Source: an uncultured Candidatus Micrarchaeota archaeon
GTDB lineage: Archaea > Micrarchaeota > Micrarchaeia > Anstonellales > Bilamarchaeaceae
NCBI GenBank assembly: GCA_963791815.1
Contig: CAWBTT010000001.1
Location: forward strand, 116,802-180,801
Reading direction: 5' to 3'
DNA: 64,000 nt
Below the pieces are notes generated by a model. The model saw only the letters and a program-made list of their open reading frames with translations, did not search any database and had not been told where the DNA came from. Positions 58,283 through 64,000 of the stretch are shown here, in pieces. The translations under genes and the position numbers were made by a program. Positions within the stretch are counted from its first letter, which is position 1; each line of letters starts with the position of its first letter.

Positions 58283-58969
58283 CTATTTCACCCCTGACAT
58301 ATATTCCTTGATTTCCCGGAATCCTATTGAGCAGCCGGAATATTTTATCTTGAAAAGGGCAGCTTCCAAAGCATCCTTGTGCATATCATTGAAATTCTTG
58401 AAGAATCCATTTTCATGCGCGAGCATCACCAATTCGCTTGTCCTGATTGCCTTGAGGGGGCCAATGTCAGATACCAAAGATTGCAGATTCTTCTTGTTTA
58501 CCATGACGTTGACCTTATACTCGTACTCAAAGTGTTTCTTGAGTGAGATTGGGGCCTCCATAAGCACCCTTGTCGTGCGTTCATCTATAAGTATATATTC
58601 AACACCAAGCTCTTTTGCAAGAACCAGCATCTCTGCTTCGCCCAGGTGAATCAAGTTCAATGGCCTTCCGCGGATAAAGAAGAGATTGTTCGCTTTCTGC
58701 ATCAGAACTTTTGCCTTGTTTTCCAGTTTTGCATCAACGACGACGACAACCCCATCGTCAATAGCGTTCTTGATTCTGATTGCAGAGAAAAGATATTTCC
58801 GGATTCTCTCTTTGAGCGGCCTGCCAATGACTTCCCGCTCTACAGATGGAGGAATGATGAATCTTAATCCATATTTCTCATGATAGAAGTATAGTAGATT
58901 ATCCAGGCAGCCAGAAGTAAGTGATATCAGAACTCCGGCATCCACGATAACATCACGCATCTTCATCAA
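58283..58969 (-). CDS. PIN-domain protein (DUF3368/COG2405-like)
   Basis: IVDAGVLI, PPSVEREV, HLGEAEMLVLAKE..IDERTTR. Confidence 0.82.
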   Translation of the reverse strand: MMKMRDVIVDAGVLISLTSGCLDNLLYFYHEKYGLRFIIPPSVEREVIGRPLKERIRKYLFSAIRIKNAIDDGVVVVVDAKLENKAKVLMQKANNLFFIRGRPLNLIHLGEAEMLVLAKELGVEYILIDERTTRVLMEAPISLKKHFEYEYKVNVMVNKKNLQSLVSDIGPLKAIRTSELVMLAHENGFFKNFNDMHKDALEAALFKIKYSGCSIGFREIKEYMSGVK

Positions 58970-58970
58970 A

Positions 58971-59576
58971 TCAATCCGATATCATCTGTCTTGCGATTTT
59001 CATTCTCTCGTGCAGTGTTTTTTCTTCCTTCAGCCTGTCGAACATCATCGTCTGGCCAGCATAATCAAGTATCTCCTGCTTTTCCATCCCAGTCATATCT
59101 GAGGCAACTCCCAGGCTCATCCCTTGGGCGTAGAATGTTGCTGCTGTTTTCAGTTTCGCCTTGGTGAAAAGAGACAATGTGAATCTCTTGTCCTTGATAT
59201 CAAGTCTGCCGATTGCGCGCTCTATCTGCTTGAAACCTGCGAGGATGTCCTCCTCGTTGCCCCGTTTCATTCTCCTCATGATATTCTGCAGGCCAAATTC
59301 AATGTCACGGAGTATCGGGTCATAATCATGACTCAAAAGTCTTGGCTTTGAGACTATCTTGCTGAGGACGTATGATAGTATCGCGATTTCAAAATTAATC
59401 TTGGTATTCTCGAGAGCAGCCTCCTGTAGAACGTAATCATTGAGTTTTCTCAGGCGACGTTGGTCCCTTTTCTTGAAGGCCGAATGAATCTTAGGAATAT
59501 ACTCGAAAAGTGTCTTCAAGTGGTCACCTTTGGCGAAAAATGCGGCAAAACCTGCGATAGGCTTATAAAGTATCAT
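58971..59576 (-). CDS. Protein with a C-terminal UPF0175-like HTH
   Basis: FYAQGMSLGVASDMTGM..EILDY; start codon uncertain. Confidence 0.65.
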   Translation of the reverse strand: MILYKPIAGFAAFFAKGDHLKTLFEYIPKIHSAFKKRDQRRLRKLNDYVLQEAALENTKINFEIAILSYVLSKIVSKPRLLSHDYDPILRDIEFGLQNIMRRMKRGNEEDILAGFKQIERAIGRLDIKDKRFTLSLFTKAKLKTAATFYAQGMSLGVASDMTGMEKQEILDYAGQTMMFDRLKEEKTLHERMKIARQMISD

Positions 59577-59627
59577 GATTATATCATGACAGTTGCGTGA
59601 TTATATCGCAACCCGCTGGTGCTTGCA

Positions 59628-60059
59628 ATGAACGATAACGAAGACAAGAAATATAAACCTACTGACGCCGCGTTCACCAGGGAAATAAAAAGCGACCTCG
59701 AAGCGAACATGGAGAAGTTCCGTGACCCCGTCGTATTGGGGGAAATCATGTACAGACTTCTCGAAGAACGCGAAAACACCAACCGCTTGCTAAAAAACAT
59801 ACTCCAAAAGCTCGAAGCTCTTGAAGCAAGAGGGGTTTCGACAGAGGAGGTTCGAGAGGAAGTCCCTCTCCTACCAAAAATCGACCAAGATATCCTTGCT
59901 TTTGTCAAGGAATCTGGCCAAGTGACTGCCGAAGAAGTTCGAAAGAGGTTCAAGTATAAAGGCAAGAACGCGGCCTCATCAAGGCTTAACCGCCTTTCAA
60001 AACAAAGCCTGCTTGCAAAAAAGCAGGTCGGTAAGAAGGTTTTCTTCTTTCCGAAATAA
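59628..60059 (+). CDS. Coiled-coil + wHTH protein
   Basis: ERENTNRLLKNILQKLEAL; DQDILAFV..VTAEEV..YKGKNAASSRLN. Confidence 0.8.
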   Translation: MNDNEDKKYKPTDAAFTREIKSDLEANMEKFRDPVVLGEIMYRLLEERENTNRLLKNILQKLEALEARGVSTEEVREEVPLLPKIDQDILAFVKESGQVTAEEVRKRFKYKGKNAASSRLNRLSKQSLLAKKQVGKKVFFFPK

Positions 60060-60088
60060 CGCTGATGGCAAGGCTGAGAACGGATCGT

Positions 60089-60260
60089 ACCTCCCGCCTC
60101 TCTCAACTCATCTATTGATTCGTTCTCAACTTGTTGTCCTCCCTTGTGCTAGTGCCCCTTGACCAGGGCCTAGCCATATTCATCAGTTTATGATGATAAC
60201 ATTGCCCGAGATGGGACCTCCCGCCTCTCTCACCTCTTTACCCATTCTCGGCTTTGTTAT
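60089..60260. repeat. Diverged direct repeat with a 17-bp identical core ACCTCCCGCCTCTCTCA
   Basis: Cores at 60089-60105 and 60216-60232. Confidence 0.75.
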
Positions 60261-60334
60261 TCTCATGCTCCTTGAAACCTCCTGGTTTTTTCCATTTCTA
60301 CTAGTTATATAAAGGCCAGACGTACAATTTGATA

Positions 60335-61778
60335 ATGGCCAAACGGATTGATTTCAAGACTACCAAAGACGTCGTGATTCCCAAAGACCCATTCGAGAGA
60401 ATCATAGGACAGGATGAGGCAGTCGAAATCGCGAAAATGATACCTTTGCAAAGAAGACATATGCTACTTGTAGGCCCCCCTGGAACAGGCAAAAGCATGA
60501 TTGCCCAAGCTGTTGCCAGCGTGCTTCCAAAACCGCATTTCGAAGTTTCAGTCCTTGACAATCCAGACAACCAGGACAAGCCGATTATTGAGATTAGGGA
60601 TGAGAAGCAGATTAGCAAAGACAAAAAATCAAGCAGGCAGATTGGAGTGGAAGTTTCCCCTCTTGATGTTCCTACTTTCGTTGCAGAGAGGCTTGGCTAC
60701 CGATGCAGGCGCTGCGCCTCGCTTAGTCCATTCACAGAAACAATCTGCCCCCAGTGCGGAGCGACAAAATCACAGAAAAGCAATCTCTTTGACAGATATG
60801 GTCTTGGCAACCAGCCAGGAGGACCAATTGAAGCTGACAAGGTCAGAATAGCAACTACAAGAAGGACAATGTCAGGCAAGGAGGAAGTCATTATCTACGA
60901 ACGCTCAATTGATGGAAAGATTGTCATGCTCAAGCAGGATGAAATCAAGAAGCTTGAGGAGATGAACAAAAAATCTAAGAGAAAGGTTATTGTTCCTCTG
61001 AAAAGGTCCACATTCGTTCAGGCAAGCGGCGGAACTGAGACTGAACTTCTTGGGGACATCAGGCATGACCCATATGGTGGGCACCAGAACCTTGGAACAG
61101 CAAGTTACCAAAGGGTGGTTCCTGGAGCACTTCACGAGGCTCACGAGGGAGTACTTTTCATCGACGAATTGTCAACTCTTGGAGATATTCAAAGACATAT
61201 ACTTACAGCGATGCAGGATAAGCAGTTCCCAATCGTTGGAAGGAATCCAATGAGCAGCGGCGCAGCTGTTCGGATTGAGGGAGCGCCCTGCGATTTCATA
61301 TTCGTTGGAGCGTGCAACATCAATGATTTGAAATCAATCGTTCCGCCTTTGAGGTCAAGAATCCGAGGCGATGGGTACGAAGTCCTCATGAACGGATACA
61401 TGGACGACACTCCTGCAAATGAAACAAAACTTATCCAGTTCATTGCCCAGGAGATTCTCAAGGATGGGAAAATCCCGCACATGGAGAAAAGTGCAGTAAC
61501 GCTAGTTATTGAAGAGGGAAGAAACATCGCAAGAAGGATTGACAACGCAAAAGGCCTGACACTCAGGCTGCGCAACCTGGCAGGAATCATCAAAATGGCA
61601 GGCGATATGGCAGTCATGGAGAAGAAAGAGCTTTATTGAAAGGAAGGATGTTGTCAAGGCAATCCGCGAGGCAAGGCCCATCGAGCAGAAAATCAAGGAG
61701 AAGTACGGCAGCTGGTGGGCCGCCGAAGCTGCTGACCATGGCATAACAAGCGACAGGGCAGGGCCTGAGACCGCATGA
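60335..61778 (+). CDS. LonB-related AAA+ ATPase with Zn ribbon and no protease domain (frameshift ~61633)
   Basis: IIGQDEA, GPPGTGKS, LLGDIRHDPYGG, LFIDE, PLRSRIRG, LRLRNLAG; CRRC..CPQC. Confidence 0.85.
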
Positions 61779-62377
61779 GCAATAAAATCCAGAAAAAAAT
61801 GGAGAAGTACCTTCAGAAAAAGGTAGATTCAGAGGTAGGAAGATTCTTCTCAAACGATTTGCTGTATATAATTCTCTTGGTTGTTTCTTCAGCTCTTTAC
61901 TTTCTTGGGAAAGGAAATGAAAAAACATTCCTCGGAACCATGTTTTTCGGATTCTATGAGTACACGCTCATAGCCACTGTTCTCGCATACATATACCTGA
62001 AATTCTTCAGAAGAGAAACTTGGGAAAATAGGAAGAAAACAACAACAATCGTCGGCACCTGGCTGCTCCTTGCAGGAATTGCCGGATTGGCAGTGTTGGT
62101 CGCAGGGTTTTATCTGGACGATGCATTTTCAAAAATGGGCATGGCATCTTCACTTACCCTGGCATTCAGCTTCTCAATAGTAACGTTTTTCTTAATCTTG
62201 GGGCATCTGATGAGAAAAACCATGGTCAATGAGAAAATGAACCTTATCATTCTATTAACATTGTTTGCTGATGGGCTTGCGTGGATAGTACTTTTAGGGG
62301 GTATTGGAACCATCGTAGTAATGGACGCATTCTACATAGTCCTCATATTGGCTGAGGCAGCAGGATTTCTATATTAA
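61775..62377 (+). CDS. Multi-pass membrane protein
   Basis: About 6 TM helices; ATGA overlap with the ATPase stop. Confidence 0.75.
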   Translation: MSNKIQKKMEKYLQKKVDSEVGRFFSNDLLYIILLVVSSALYFLGKGNEKTFLGTMFFGFYEYTLIATVLAYIYLKFFRRETWENRKKTTTIVGTWLLLAGIAGLAVLVAGFYLDDAFSKMGMASSLTLAFSFSIVTFFLILGHLMRKTMVNEKMNLIILLTLFADGLAWIVLLGGIGTIVVMDAFYIVLILAEAAGFLY

Positions 62378-62400
62378 ACCATAACTTGCATTAATAGTGC

Positions 62401-63337
62401 ATGGTGCTTGTCGAGCTTGCCACTTTGGTTGCAGGACTTGCACTGATATACCTCACTAGTGAGAAGACTGTTGAATATTCAACGCATATAGCCAAGCACC
62501 TCAAAGTACCTCCACTCATTATTGGAGTGGTCTTGGTTTCAGTCGGAACGGACGTTCCTGAGATAGCAAACTCAATCTTTTCTTCATACACTGGCCATGG
62601 GGACATAAATGTTGGAAATGCTTTAGGCTCCTGCCTGGCCCAGATCTCATTAGTTCTTGGCCTGGTCACTATCATCGGCGGAACAGTACTTGGTTCGAGA
62701 AGGAATATCCTTGTTCTTGGCGGGGCGGCCACAATAGCAGTGGCCCTTGCCACTTTTGTTATCCTTCGATGGAATTCTTGACCAAGCTGATGCCATCCTT
62801 CTCATAGTTGCATATATCACCCTCCTGGCCGCAACAATAAAACTGAGCTGCAGGGAATGCGGAACAAAGGATGTCGACCTCTCACACCTGAAAAACGGTC
62901 TGGCCAAAACGCTTGTCCTGCTGATAGTTGCGCTCATAGGAGTGGTGATCGGGGCAATAGTAGTTGTCGAGAATGTCATCACACTCTCGGCACTGGTGGG
63001 GGTGCCAGAATATTTTGTCAGCTTCTTTGCAATCAGCCTCGGGACATCGCTGCCTGAGCTTTCAGTTGAGCTTGCGGCCCTTCGGAAAAGGAACTATGGG
63101 ATACTTATTGGTGATTTGATGGGAAGCAACATTACGGACGCCACCTTGGCCCTTGGAATAGGGCCGCTGCTTTTCCCAACGACAATCAGTCAGGGGCTAA
63201 TAACACCAGTCATTCTATATGTGATATTCGTATCAATTGTTGTGGTTGGAATTTTCGCGCTAAGAGAAAAAATAGATAAGAAGGCAGCTATCCTTCTTCT
63301 TGCGCTGTACTTTATTTCTTATCTGTTTTTGCTATAG
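62401..63337 (+). CDS. Na+/Ca2+ antiporter, CaCA family (frameshift ~62765)
   Basis: GTDVPE..GNALGS and GTSLPE..GDLMGSN alpha repeats. Confidence 0.88.
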
Positions 63338-63602
63338 ATTCTATGTTCTTTTTCTCTGCCATGTCCAGTGCTGCCTTTGCCCCATCAAAAAGCGAGCGGC
63401 TAACTCCATCCTTGCCAATAGGGGGTTTTGAGTAGTACATGTATGTGCAGTTTCCCTTGAGGAGTTTCTTTTTCTTGTCCTCCTCAGATGCATAGCCAAG
63501 GTTGGCTTTTGAGATTACGATTAAGTATGGGCGCTTCTTGCATTTTTCCTCTACTATTTTCCCGCATTCGCGGATTGCTTCTTCTAATTCTTTGTCTTCC
63601 AT
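63312..63602 (-). CDS. Hypothetical protein
   Basis: Start MEDKELEEA; GGTG RBS. Confidence 0.6.
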   Translation of the reverse strand: MEDKELEEAIRECGKIVEEKCKKRPYLIVISKANLGYASEEDKKKKLLKGNCTYMYYSKPPIGKDGVSRSLFDGAKAALDMAEKKNIESIAKTDKK

Positions 63603-63695
63603 CTGAACACCACTCACGTCTTTAATCAGCAAGATTTTTATTTGGCCCCTCGTGGAGCGGCAATGATTATAAAGCTCAGTAAAGAAGCCAAGTTC

Positions 63696-64000
63696 ATGAA
63701 AGCAACACTTACACACATAGGCGTGATATCCTTGGGAAGGATGCTCGCAGTATGGACCTTTGTAATTGGGGCCATTTTCCTCCTGATTAGCATGCTCCTC
63801 ATGATGCTCGCCACTCTTCTTGGCATGATGGGCTCAGACCCTGGAGCTGCATTCGGCGGAGGCCTGATTGGAATGGTCATTTCCCTGGTCTTTGGAGTCA
63901 TTGGACTCGTATTCGGCGCGATTGTGGCTTTCATAGTCGGCGCTCTCATGGCAATCGTGTACAACATCATCCTCGGCGTTGGCGGAGGAATTGATGTAGA
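63696..64000 (+). CDS. DUF3566-like membrane protein (partial)
   Basis: MKATLTHIGVISLGRML..YNIILGVGGGIDV; runs off the window end. Confidence 0.7.
   Translation, partial: MKATLTHIGVISLGRMLAVWTFVIGAIFLLISMLLMMLATLLGMMGSDPGAAFGGGLIGMVISLVFGVIGLVFGAIVAFIVGALMAIVYNIILGVGGGIDV

Noticed and set aside
60089-60232. CRISPR array
   Set aside because: Only two 17-bp cores with a 110-nt gap and no cas genes; no array seen anywhere in the window
61625-62781. Frameshifts in the Lon-like ATPase and Na/Ca antiporter as real gene splits
   Set aside because: Single extra bases in short runs restore continuous proteins; same error signature as tuf
1-64000. Provirus, transposase or integrase
   Set aside because: No ORF with recognisable recombinase, transposase, capsid or terminase motifs

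Overview
Archaeal chromosomal window, most likely DPANN/Micrarchaeota-like. This is an inference from the archaeal r-proteins, DGGGP synthase, EF-1a, T-loop tRNA introns and many lineage-specific secreted/Cys-rich proteins. Housekeeping content: smc end, nadM, speB, rpl18e-rpl13-rps9-rpoN, tRNA-Pro-rps2, tuf, asnS, ndk-rpl24e-rps28e-rpl7ae, tRNA-His and xpf. There is a large metal/energy region (NikR-like, DtxR, group 4 [NiFe]-hydrogenase operon, Ni transporter, DsbA-like, SufS, Cu export cluster). Most notable observations: (i) a repeated module of a SAM-methyltransferase overlapping tail-to-tail with an Lrp regulator; (ii) a minimal hydrogenase with only half an antiporter subunit plus a 38-aa micro-subunit; (iii) a synonymously recoded duplicate of the asnS 3' end; (iv) tRNA-Pro with two T-loop introns that appear to need ordered splicing; (v) a 1517-aa lipoprotein with 14 six-Cys repeats carrying variable loops; (vi) two candidate structured RNAs. 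Several frameshifts, including in essential tuf, indicate indel errors in the assembly. All family assignments come from motif recognition by eye; no searches were run.
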